Assembly: GCA_016748015.1 (NCBI GenBank)
Contig: JAAOMT010000134.1
Span: 68,757 to 132,756 of the forward strand
Direction: 5' to 3'
Length of the DNA: 64,000 nt
Origin: Geosiphon pyriformis uo1
Taxonomy: Eukaryota; Fungi; Glomeromycota
Position numbers and translations under genes: made by a program. This document shows positions 41,401 through 52,799 of this stretch, piece by piece. Every line of letters begins with the position of its first letter. The stretch's first letter is position 1. The notes under the pieces were generated by a model, which had not been told where the DNA came from, did not search any database, and worked only from the letters and a program-made list of their open reading frames with translations.

Positions 41401-44400
41401 AAGCTGGGAATAGGAAGAAGACAAAGAAAATAAAGGAAAAGGAAAAGAAAAAGAGACCACTTAAACCACCACCACTTATAACACCCACACTATACCACAA
41501 TGATCTACCTATTGTCGATCTAAGCTTATATGCGTCAATTGTGATAAAAAATTGTTGTCAATGGGTGCATGCTGTGGCAATGATAAGGAATACCACACCA
41601 CAACAAAATTCTACTGTCATCTATGCTTATTCGAATGCTTTGGACGACCAAAGAGGCAAAAAAAATAGGATAACCAATCTTGTCTCACTTGTGGGGAGAT
41701 CCTGCTAGATAAAGAGATGTGGAACAACATTCCAGGACGTGGAGGAACATGCGACGTATTGTGTCAATACATGATTTTAATAAGTGACTGGGTAAGAAAA
41801 AAAACCCCAATGGAAGCAGCCTGGCAAAGAGCCGTACAGTGACTGGACAGTTGCCCACATGACGATGATAAAATTTGGCAAATGGCACTCATCAAAATCA
41901 AAGGGGTGACACCAGAAGAGATAAAAATGATCAAAAACAACCTCCCAGAACTTTTAGAGCTTGACTGAGATGCAGAACCCATCATAAACCTTCTGGATCC
42001 GGAACAATTCCATGAACACTACCAAGAATTAGCACTCACAAGGGAAGAACAAGAACAACGGTTAGAGCAGTTGAATGCTCGACTATGTCAACACTGCCTA
42101 ATTTTCTGTAATTTCCAGTATTGTGATGAGTGTAACCTCATTTACAATCCACTACCATGCATGATCTACTTGATCCCTGAAGAAGAAAAACCAATCAGCA
42201 GCTGTGCATCAGAATCAGAATTGCCGATTAATCGTGATTCAAACTCCGACGATGACGACAATAACAACAGTTCAAGCTCTATTCAAATTGGCAATGACGA
42301 TAGAAACAATTCAGACTCAGATTCAAAACCTGATGTAAACTATGAACAATACATTGTACTATCAGATCTCTCCAAGGAACAAGAGTTGAAATAGTATAGT
42401 GACAATAAGGAAGGTATTATGTTAGAATGTGCGCATAACACGGATGCAGAGTTTGATCTGAGATATTCAGGAAAAGATGCCATCAAATTAGAACTGCATT
42501 CATGCACCTGCATTGATCTGAAAATAGCACTAGAAATTCCGGCAACAACAATGGTTCAATTAGCATCTAGGAGTAGTTTAGTGAAAAGAGGAATCAATAT
42601 AAGAGGAGGAATAATTGACATGGGATATGTAGAAAATATCATCGCCATACTACAAAATGACTTAAAAAAGGCCTATATAATAGAACCCAACAAAAAAATA
42701 GCACAGGCAATATTCCTGTCTCTGATTAGAGTAGCTCAGTTAGTGTCAGTGGGAAAGAGGGAGGAATTGGGAATAACCACGAGGGGAATACAAGGATTTG
42801 GATCAACGGGTAGAATAGAGGTACCAGTTAATATGGTGGAGAAAGAGATTGTTGGCCAAGGAGAAATTATTTCAACTGGTCAAGCTATTTCCATTCCACC
42901 ATATAGCCAGTACATGTTAACAATAGAAAAGAAGGAAAAGGAGCAAGAACAGATTTTTGAAGTGGAAGCAACCCTTTGTGAATCAGAAGAGATTGGGTTG
43001 ATCAATCTCCACATACCAGCCAAAAGCTATAGCAGCATAAAAATTCCCATCTACAACAACACTGGCAATGTCATCAACATACCAGAAAGAGCCACCATCA
43101 GATATTTAACCACAGAAATAGAAGACCAACCACCAAACCCCATTCCAGACTTTCCACAACTTTGTGGATATGTTGACATTACATCACAAACAATCTATGG
43201 ACAAGACAAATGTTATTTGCTCTAACCAGAACAATTGGAACAAATGAACATGGGAAACTTAGATTCACTCCAATGTATGCAGCTCAAGATGTTACTCAAC
43301 AATTTCAACGACATCTTTGCCAGCGAAAATAAGTTTGGCCGAACTGACATTATCCAGCATCAGATCAAAACTGGAGATCCAATGCCAATCAAACAAAGAG
43401 CATACAGAGTGCCACCAGCCAGCCATGAGATTATTCGTCAAGAGATAAACAGAATGCTTGACAATGGGCTAATTCAACTATCAATGAGTCTATGGTCATC
43501 ACCAGTGATACTCGTCCATAAAAAAAATGGGAAAATCCGGTTTTGTGTAGACTACAGAAAACTCAATAATGTAACTTATGGAGACAGTTATCTAACTCCA
43601 TGAATACAGGAATTATTTGATGCTTTCAGTGAGAACAAATGGTTCTCCACATTAGATTTGGACAGTGGTTACTGGCAAGTAGCCATGAATCTAGCTAACA
43701 AGGAGAAGACAGCATTTACTACTAGAGAAGGGAATTTTGAATTTGAAATAATGCCATTTGGCTTAACCAATGCCCCAGCAACTTTCCAATGGCTAATGGA
43801 AATCATTTATACTGGCTTATAATGGAAATCAGTAGTTGTATACTTGGACGACACCAATGTATTCTCAAAGACGTTTGATGATCATCTTCATCATCTTCAA
43901 CAAGTGTTCGAAAGACTAAGAAGAGCAAGACTAAAGTTAAATGTGACAAAGTGCTTCTTTGGCAAGACAGAACTCAAATTCTTGGGACACATAGTCAGCA
44001 AAGACAGCATCAAAATAGATCCAGAGAAAATAGAGATAGTAAAGAACTTTCCAGTGCTGACCAATATAACAGAACTGAGATCATTCTTGGGATTTGCCAA
44101 TTACTATTGTTGTTTTATCAAAAACTTTTCCAAGATAGCGCAGCCACTCAATCAACTGCAAAACAAAAATGCAAAATATGAATGGACAGAAAGTCAACAA
44201 GAAGCTTTTGATATTCTGAGGAAAAAGCTCATCCAAGCTCCAGTACTGATCTATTCAGATTATAGCAAACCATTCATCATTACCACTGATGCATCCGGCC
44301 AAGCATTGAAAGCAGTATTATCTCAGAGAGAACAGGATGGCAGAGAACATCCAGTAGCATATGCCAGCAGAGATTTAATACCAGCCAAAAAGAACTATGG

Positions 44401-44644
44401 AACACTGGAAAAAGAACACTTAGCAATATACTAGTCAGTTATGAAATGGAAAGAATATTTGAGCCAGAAGTTTGAAGTGTACACAGATTACAAAGGATTA
44501 ACATCACTTCAAAAACAAAAATTTGGAGATGGAAGACAGTTAAGATGGAAAATGGCACTTGCACCATACAATTATACTATACATTACAAAAAGGGAAAAA
44601 ACAATGGAAATGCTGATGGTTTGTCACAAATGAGACAAATCTAA
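38426..44644 (+). pseudogene. gag-pol: gag-pol of D: one 2073-codon frame broken only by substitution stops
   Basis: Track ORFs 38426, 39218, 39944, 40310, 41012, 42071, 42419, 43235, 43844 and 44441 are all in one frame; CHYCGNQEHIQINC, LILDS, YLDD, TTDAS. Confidence 0.94.
42419..42811 (+). other. dut: dUTPase domain within pol (also ~1404-1797, 13740-14083, 23170-23560, 28510-28896, 50659-51050, 59071-59463)
   Basis: All five trimeric dUTPase motifs in order: DAEFDL, ASRSSL, GIIDMGYV, KIAQ, RGIQGFGSTG. Confidence 0.92.
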
Positions 44645-44706
44645 GAACATTTCAACCCAAAAATATAACAAAAACCAGAACAATACTAACAAAAATATAA
44701 TAAAAG

Positions 44707-46089
44707 ATGAACATACAAAAATATCAACAACTGCAACATTATATAAACACTCACCAGTTCAAGAAGAATTTATCTCAAACAGAACGAAAGAGTATCAAAC
44801 AATAATCAAAATATTTTATCACTCACCAAAATATACTTTATCAGAAAAATAGAAAAGATCCAGATCAACCAACCAGAGTAATTACAGAACCAGAAAAAGA
44901 GACAATATTATTCAACATGCACTCAAATCCAACAGCAGAACATTTTCACAAAGAAGCAACCATGGAAAGAACCAGAAAGAGATACTATTGGCCATCAATA
45001 TACCCAGATATCATTCAATATGTTCAAAATTGTGATGCTTGTCAGCAAAGAGGAAGAACAAGATCCAGTGAACTATTAAGACCAATCAAAGTGAGACAAC
45101 CATTTGACTATATGGGAATTGATTTAGTAGGACCATTAACAATCACCAGCAAAGGAAACAGATACATAGCAGTAGCTATGGACTATCTCACTAAATGGCC
45201 AGAGGCGAAAGCAATTCAAAGAGCGGATGCAGAATCCGTTGCCAAATTCATTCATCAGGATTTGATTTGTCAACATGGATGTCCAAAAGAATTATTATTA
45301 GACCAAGGAACTCATTTTGTGAACAGAACATTAACAGAATTGAGCCAAAGATTTGGAATCAAGAGACCATTATCATTACCATACCATCCACAAACCAACG
45401 GATTAGTAGAAAGATTCAACAGAACATTGTGTGAAACAATAGCCAAGCTCAGCCAAGAAAACCAGAACAATTGGGATTTGTTCATACTATCAGTACTATT
45501 TGCTTATTAGACAACGAAACAAGACACTATACAAGCAACACCATTTGAATTAGTATATGGGAGAATAGCAATGTTACCAGTAGAGAGAGAAATTAATACA
45601 TATCCAGTGGAACCAATAACAGAAGAAAATTTTCAAGAAACATTGCTGAGAAAAACATATGACTTAATGGAAACATTGGAAAACAAATGAAGAAGAGCAG
45701 CTGATAATATCCAAAAATTACAAGAAACACAGAAAAAAAGACACGATAGTCAACTACCAAACAAACCAGTTGAATTCAAGATCGGAGACAAAGTATTACT
45801 ACATTGTACCAAAGCAGAAAAACAATGGAGTGGAAAATTTGACCCCAAATGAGACAGACCATTTTACATAGAAGAAATTCTAGGAAATGGAGCTTACAAA
45901 TTAAGATTGGATAACAAAATTTTAACCAAAGCAGCACATGGAGATCGACTGAAACCATATCACAACATCACACTACCATCTACCAGTAATATTCCACAAT
46001 TAGAAGTACAGAGAATACTAGTCCAACCAGATGAAATTCCACGAGATCAGAAACCAATCATTATTATCGACAACAACACGTTAAATTGA
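44707..46089 (+). pseudogene. Integrase of D, separate ORF (461 codons)
   Basis: ATG 44707 in a different frame from pol; HHCC, GIDLVGP, DQGTHF, NGLVERFN; GPF-type module; no chromodomain visible. Confidence 0.93.
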
Positions 46090-46143
46090 TCCATCAAAAG
46101 AATATATAAAGACATGGTAGACACGACAGGAAATATCAGAAAA

Positions 46144-46773
46144 ATGGAAATTACAGACAACATTCACTTACTAGCACAACAACTCTTTCAATTAAATCAA
46201 CACCAGGAAATGGAGATTACAATCAATCAACAAACCATTCGATATCAAGATACTAGAAAGACATTTCAACTCAGAACACAGAAGAAAACTGAAAATACTG
46301 TGGACAAAATCATAGCAAAAGTAAAATTAGCAATAAAAAAATCAACAAAAGAGTCACTATATTAAGAGTTAACTAAAGAAACTTGGAATTGGTGGATACA
46401 ACAATTTCCACAAACCTATTGTTATTTTTACTTGGAACAACATGTAAATATCCAAAATCTATATATGGATAAAACAAAGCGATTATTTGACCAAGGAGTA
46501 CTACAACAATTAGAATATTTTGTGGGAAAGAACAACTTATTCACACAAGCCCGAGCCATATACCGAATACACACAGCATTTCAAGATAAACCAGAAATAT
46601 TGCTCAACAGAGCAATGGATCTGGTTATCAGTAATCAATTAGGAAAAATCACCAATGCTTAATTTGAAGAATTACAGACCCAAATAACACAAGTAATTCT
46701 CAAAAACAAAATCCAGAAAATACTTCAAGAGAGGGAATTACATGAGTTGGATTTCAATGGAGCTCAATATTAA
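46144..46773 (+). pseudogene. ORF3 of D (unknown function)
   Basis: Track ORFs 46114 and 46432 are in one frame; ends DFNGAQY* at the PPT. Confidence 0.78.
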
Positions 46774-46786
46774 AAGAAGGGAATAA

Positions 46787-47670
46787 TGTTACTTATAAAA
46801 ATATAAGAAATATATTAGCATAATTATTAGCTAATTAGAAGTAAGCATAGTAAATGTGGAATTTCAGGATTCCTCTCAGAAATTGCAGGATTCCAGAAAT
46901 TTCAGGATTCCCAATGAGGAATTGCAGGATTCCAGAATTCCAGGATTCCTCTCAAAGGAATCACAGGATTCCAGGGATTCCAGAATTCCTGTCATAAAAA
47001 ATTGAGGAATTGAGGAATTTCAATTATGTATATATAGTAGTAATGTTAGAAACAGAAAAGACAGAATTGATACCACAGAATCCTTAACCTAGAAACACAA
47101 TCATCAAATAAATAATTATTTCATATCTAAAATCTACTTCCTACTATTAACCTTTCATGTTAATAATAATTGATACTTAACCATGCTGGAACAATAGCTC
47201 TTGATCATGGCTATTGATGGGATACTAATCTGCAAATCGCCTTGGCTTATTTCTTTGCTTTCTTTATTTTTTTTTTATTTCTTTTTCTTTATTTTATTTT
47301 GATTTGTTGTTAAATACTAATTGATAAAAGATTAAGCACTGAGTTATTGATGTCAAGAATAGCCTGGTAAAAGACCCAGAAATACGGGTAGGATTTTATA
47401 TATTATCGGATAGCTTACCAGAAGGGCACGACTGCCAGACTAAATCTGGCCACCATGCTAAGAAAAAAATTGGGAAAACTCTTGGAAAATATATCTATTA
47501 TCGATACTATTGAATCTTTGTTCATTATACAAAGGACTCAACCAAAACCTTCAGATCTATCAAAACTTTTAGATACAGCACCTTCAGAACAGCCTCAACG
47601 GAAATAGCTTTTGAGCACCAAGTTATGGGTTTGTTATTTAATTCAACAGCAGAAATATTTATCTGTAACA
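46787..47670 (+). repeat. 3' LTR of D (884 bp)
   Basis: Direct repeat of the 5' LTR lacking one ~38-bp U3 unit; preceded by PPT AAAAGAAGGGAATAA. Confidence 0.95.
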
Positions 47671-47674
47671 ACAT

Positions 47675-48399
47675 AAGCACATTGCTCAGCAATGTGAAGC
47701 AATGTGAGCATTGTTTGAGAAATTATAGCACATTGCTCGAGAATGTGAGCAATCTCATAGAACCCAAATTATGTATATATAGTGGTAGCATTAGAAGTAG
47801 AAAAGACAGACCTCCCAGTTTAGATTTAATCTAAGCAATTTTTCTATTTACAAATATCAATAAATAATTATTCACTAACTTAATTCATTTTTCACTATCA
47901 ATACTTTATGTTAATAGCAATTGATACTTAACCACACTGGAACAATAGCTCTTGATTATGGTTATTGATGGAATACTAACTTGCAATTGCATTGGCTCAT
48001 TTCTTTATTTTTCTTTATTTTTCTTTATTTTCTTTTCTTTAATTTTATTGTTGTGTACTAAATTGATTAAGAGGATTAAAGTGCTGAGTTATTGATGTCA
48101 CGGATAGCCTGGTAAAAGACCCAGAAATAAGGGTAGAATTATATATATTAATAGACAGCTTACCAGAAAGGCATGACTGCCAGATTAAACCAGCCACCAC
48201 GCTGAAAACAGAAATTGGGAAAACAACTTAAGGAAAACAACTTAAACCAATCATAGTGAATCTCTGTCTATTATACAAAGAACTCTGCAACAAACCTTCA
48301 GATTCACCAAACCTTCAGATATTAACACCAGAATACCAAACCAGTACCAAGTTACAGATTTGTTATTTAATTTAAGACCCCAAATAATCATCTGTAATA
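47675..48399 (+). repeat. Remainder of the 3' LTR of C
   Basis: Colinear with 18376-19092; ends CTGTAATA. Confidence 0.9.
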
Positions 48400-51300
48400 T
48401 TGGCTAACAATTAGGCAATTTATCAATTTCTACAGTGATGCAATAATCAAAAAAACACAAACCATTTCCAAAATCAGTCGTGTTTATCATTATCAATCAA
48501 TTAGCAATGGCAGTAGGAGATGTATGTTTGCCACTATTGTGGTAAATAAGAACATTTGAGAATTAACTACAGATTAAAAATAGATAACTAACAATTGGAA
48601 AATTAATATTAAAACCCCAATTACCAGTTTTAAACTCCGAAATATCAACCCAATTCAGAACTATATCAACCAAATTACCTACCAGTGACACAGCTGCTAA
48701 TCTATTAACCACCCATTTATTAGACTTCAGCACTAGTTATTTATCAACCACAGCCATAAATAATATATTAATCTTAACAAATTTCAACACTGCCACCAAA
48801 TTCAGCTCAGATGACATCAGATCTAAGATTACTTAAAACTGGAGATTGGTAATGATTGTTCATTAACCAATTCCCAGCTTATCAAACCAGTCATTAGGAT
48901 CATATTAACAGAGTTCAGGAACCAGGTACATCCAAAACCCAAGTTCCCAAAACTATTTAAGTTTTCTGGTTATCCCAGAAGACACCACATCCAACAACTT
49001 GGAAGTCAAACAAAAGCAGCCACTTACCAACAATATACTACCAGCAACTATTACTAAAAACAAATTACTTACCACTATCTTCTCTTTTGAACTCAAGAAA
49101 CCAATTGAAATGCCACTATTTAGTAGAGCCACCTAGAATCAAAACTTATTACTGCAATGTATACAGATGCTAAAGTTGATGGGCAGTACATTAAACTGAT
49201 CCTAAACAGTAGATTAGCTGACAGCATTATTACCCAACAACTCATAGATCAATTGAGTTGATCGTGCTACCAATACATAAATAATTATAGCTAATAAGAC
49301 AATAAAGACTCTAATCAGTGAAATAGATGACTTTTTATTTGAAGTTAACAGCATCATAATACTAATCAATGTATTGGTAATAGAAGCAACTCAATACCAA
49401 GCTCTTATTGGGAATAACTGGCTGTTCAAAACCAATGCCATGTTTGACTAGAATACTTAAGAACTGCAGCTTAGCCAAAACAGCCACTACACACATGTGC
49501 CAGCTACTTGTAGTCATTTCAAGACCACTACTAATGATAAGCCACTCATTGAATTAGAAGAAAAAAAAAACCTATCTGGGAAGCCTACCAAGTTTCCTGG
49601 GCTGACACCAAACACAATGAGTTACCACCAGTACTTTTCTGAAATAACAAAAGGAAAAGAAAGGAAAAAGACACACCAGAAAAAAACACCACCACAGAAG
49701 AAATAATTAGTGGCTGGAAAAAATCATACTCACATGAACTACTGAAACAACCACCATATATCTTACTCAAATGCCAAAATTGTGGCAAAAAACTTTCTTC
49801 TATGAGAGCTTGGATTGCATCCAATGAAGATTACTAGATGCAAACCCACTATTACTGCAAGCCATGCCACAGAAAATGGTATGACTACCCAAAATAACAA
49901 GGCAAGTAGGACAATGAACCATGTTTTGCTTGTGAAAAACAGTTATTTGATGAAGAAATATGAAATGACATTCCTGGTTGAGGAGAAATATGTGATGCTT
50001 TGTGCCAGTACATGATCCTTATCAGTGACTGGATAAGTTGTGAAACTTCTATTACTGTAGTCTGACATTAAGCAATCTCTCGTTTGAATGATTACTCACA
50101 TGATAAAGATGAGATCTGGCAAATGGTGAATGCCAAAGTCAAAGGAGCCATGTCCAGCAAAATCTTAGAAATTAAAAATAATCCTCCAGAACCAGTTAAC
50201 ATTATTCTTATTCTAAATCCAGATGCTTTTCTCAATATAAAGACAGGTCCAGAAAAGTTTACAAGCACTATTAGAATTTAGCATCCACAAGAGAAGAGCA
50301 GAAACAGCATTTAAAACAACTAAACACCTAACTATATGATCATTGTTTGATTCTATGTAACTTCCAATATTGTAATGAGTGTGATCTTATTTACAATCTA
50401 CTACCACGCATGATTTACACAATTCCAAAAGAAGATGAACCAATTAGCAGCTGCATATTGGAATCGGAATTACCATTTAATTCTGATTCAAACTCTGACA
50501 ATAATAATGATGATAACAACAGTTCCAGCTCCATTCAAATTAACAATAGCAATAACAACGATTCAAACTTAAATTCAAACCCTGAATAATATATTACACT
50601 CCTTGACCTTACCAAGAAACAGAAACTGAGATGGTTCAGCAATAATAATAAATGTATTATGCCAGAACATGTACATAATACTGATACAGAGTTTGATTTA
50701 AAATATCTGGGAAAAGATGCCATCAAATTGGAACCACATTCATGCATCTGTATTGATCTCAAAGTAGTTCTGAAAATTCCAGCAACAACAATGATTCAAT
50801 TAGCATTCAGAAATAGTTTAGCAAAAAAAAAATTGACATTAGAGGAGAAATAATTGATGCAGGATATATAGGAAATATTATAACAATGCTACAAAATAAC
50901 TCAGAAAAAACTTAGATTATAGAGCCAAATGAAAAGATAGCACAGGCAATATTTTTGCTTCTGGTGAAAATAGCTCAGTTAGTGTCAGTAGAAAACAAGA
51001 AAGAATTAGAAATTACAGTTAGAGGGATACAGAGATTTGGATCCATAGATAGAATAGATATACCAGTTAATATGGCAGAAGAAGAGATTGTTGACAAGGG
51101 AAAAATTATCTTCATCTGTCAATTAATTTCTATTCCACTATATAATTAGTACATGGTAATCATAGAGAGAAAAATAAAGAATCAGGCTTAGATTTTTAAA
51201 GCAGAAGCAACACTTTGTGAATTAGAAAAGATTGGATTAGTCAATCTATACATACCAGCCAAAAACTACAGTCACATCAAAATTTCTATCTAAAACAACA

Positions 51301-52799
51301 TGGGAAACATCATTGAGATACTAAAAGAAATTATTATTAACCACCAAAATCGAGAACCAACTACCAAACACCATTCTAGACTTTCCACAACTGTGTGAAT
51401 ATGTCGACATAATATTACAAACTATCTATGGATAAAATAAGTGTTATTTGCTTCAATCAAAACAATTGGAACAAATAAACATAAGAAACTTAGACACACT
51501 TCAACATATGCAACTCAAAATATTACTTAACAACTTTATCAACATTTTTACAAGTAAAAATAAGTTTAACAGAACTAACATAATCCAATACCAGATCAAG
51601 ACTGAAGATGTAATGCCAATTAAACAAAGAGCATACTAAGTACCACCAGCCAGCCATAAAATCATTCATCGAGAAATCAATTAGATACTTGACAATGGGT
51701 TAATTCAGCTATTAATGAGTCCATAGTTGTTACCAGTGGTACTAATCCAGAAAAGAATGGAAAAATTTGCTTTTGTGTGGATTACAGAAAACTTAATAAT
51801 GTAATTCATAGAGCCAGTTATCCAATTCTATGAATTCAAGAATTATTTAATGCTTTCAGAAAAAAGAAATGGTTTTTAACATTAGATTTAGATAGTGGTT
51901 ACTGGCAAGTAGCCATAAATCCAGAAGATAAAAAAAAGACAGCATTTACTACAAGAGAAAAAAATTTTGAATTTGAAGTAATGCCATTTGGCTTAACTAA
52001 TGCACTGGTCACATTTCAATAGTTAATGAAAATTGTCTATACCAGACTACTATAAAAATCAGTAGTTGTATATCTAGATGACACTAATATGTTCTTAAAA
52101 ACATTTGATGATCACCTCTATTATCTCCAACAAGTGTTCAAAAGACTGAGAAGAGCAGAATTAAAACTAAATGCAACCAAGTGTTTCTTCAACAAAACAG
52201 AACTCAAGTTTTTGGGACATATTATAAGCAAAAAAAACATTAAAACAGATCCAGATAAAATTGAAGTAGTAAAGTTCTTTCTAGTATCCACCAATTTGAC
52301 CAAGCTATGAGCATTCTTGGAATTTGCAGAGTACTATTATCACTTCATCAAGAACTTTTTCAAACTGGCTCAATCATTGCATTATCTACAAACCAAGAAT
52401 GTTAAATATGAATGGATGGAAATATAACAAGAAGCTTTTGACACACTAAAAAAAAAGCTTATTTAAGCTCTAGTACTAATCTATTCAGATCATAACAAAC
52501 CATTTATCATCACTATAAATGCATTAAGTCAAGCATTAGGAGCAATACTATTACAAAAAAGACTAGATGAAAGAGAACATTCAATAACATATACCAGCCA
52601 AAGCTTAATGCCAGCTGAAAAGAACTATGGAACACTAGCACTTGAACACTTAGCAATTTATTGGGCTGTTATGAAATAAAAGGAGTACTTAAGCCAGAAA
52701 TTTGAAGTGCACACTAATTATAAAGAATTGACTTTAATCCAGAAGCAAAAATTTGAAGACAATTGACACATGAGATAGAAAATAGTACTTTCACTATAT
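48400..52799 (+). mobile_element. Element E internal remnant (gag C-terminus, PR, Cys-rich, dUTPase, RT, RNase H), cut by F
   Basis: Starts at LANN*AIYQ of gag; CHYCGK knuckle; YLDD at ~52070; ends inside RNase H. Confidence 0.88.

Larger units (their letters stand above)
37443..47670 (+). mobile_element. Element D: complete Ty3/Gypsy element (10228 bp), best preserved A-family copy
   Basis: LTRs 37443-38363 and 46787-47670; TSD ACAT/ACAT; PBS and PPT present. Confidence 0.96.
18308..48399 (+). mobile_element. Element C: full-length Ty3/Gypsy element carrying nested B and D
   Basis: 5' LTR 18308-19092; PBS; gag-pol split by B; IN; ORF3; PPT; 3' LTR 37375-37442 + 47675-48399. The flanks do not form a TSD. 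Confidence 0.88.

Noticed and set aside
38426-44644. Alternative genetic code or programmed readthrough explaining in-frame stops
   Set aside because: The stops are mostly copy-specific and one transition away from Gln/Arg/Trp codons present in sister copies.
45900-46089. Chromodomain at the IN C-terminus
   Set aside because: No YLVKW-type pattern is visible; only a short conserved tail follows HGDRLKPY.
46144-46773. ORF3 as env
   Set aside because: It is short and hydrophilic, with no signal peptide, furin site or transmembrane segment.
47970-48060. TACTAAC branch point plus pyrimidine tract in LTRs as an intron end
   Set aside because: No conserved acceptor AG follows (TTGCAA/TTGCAT/TTGCAC across copies).
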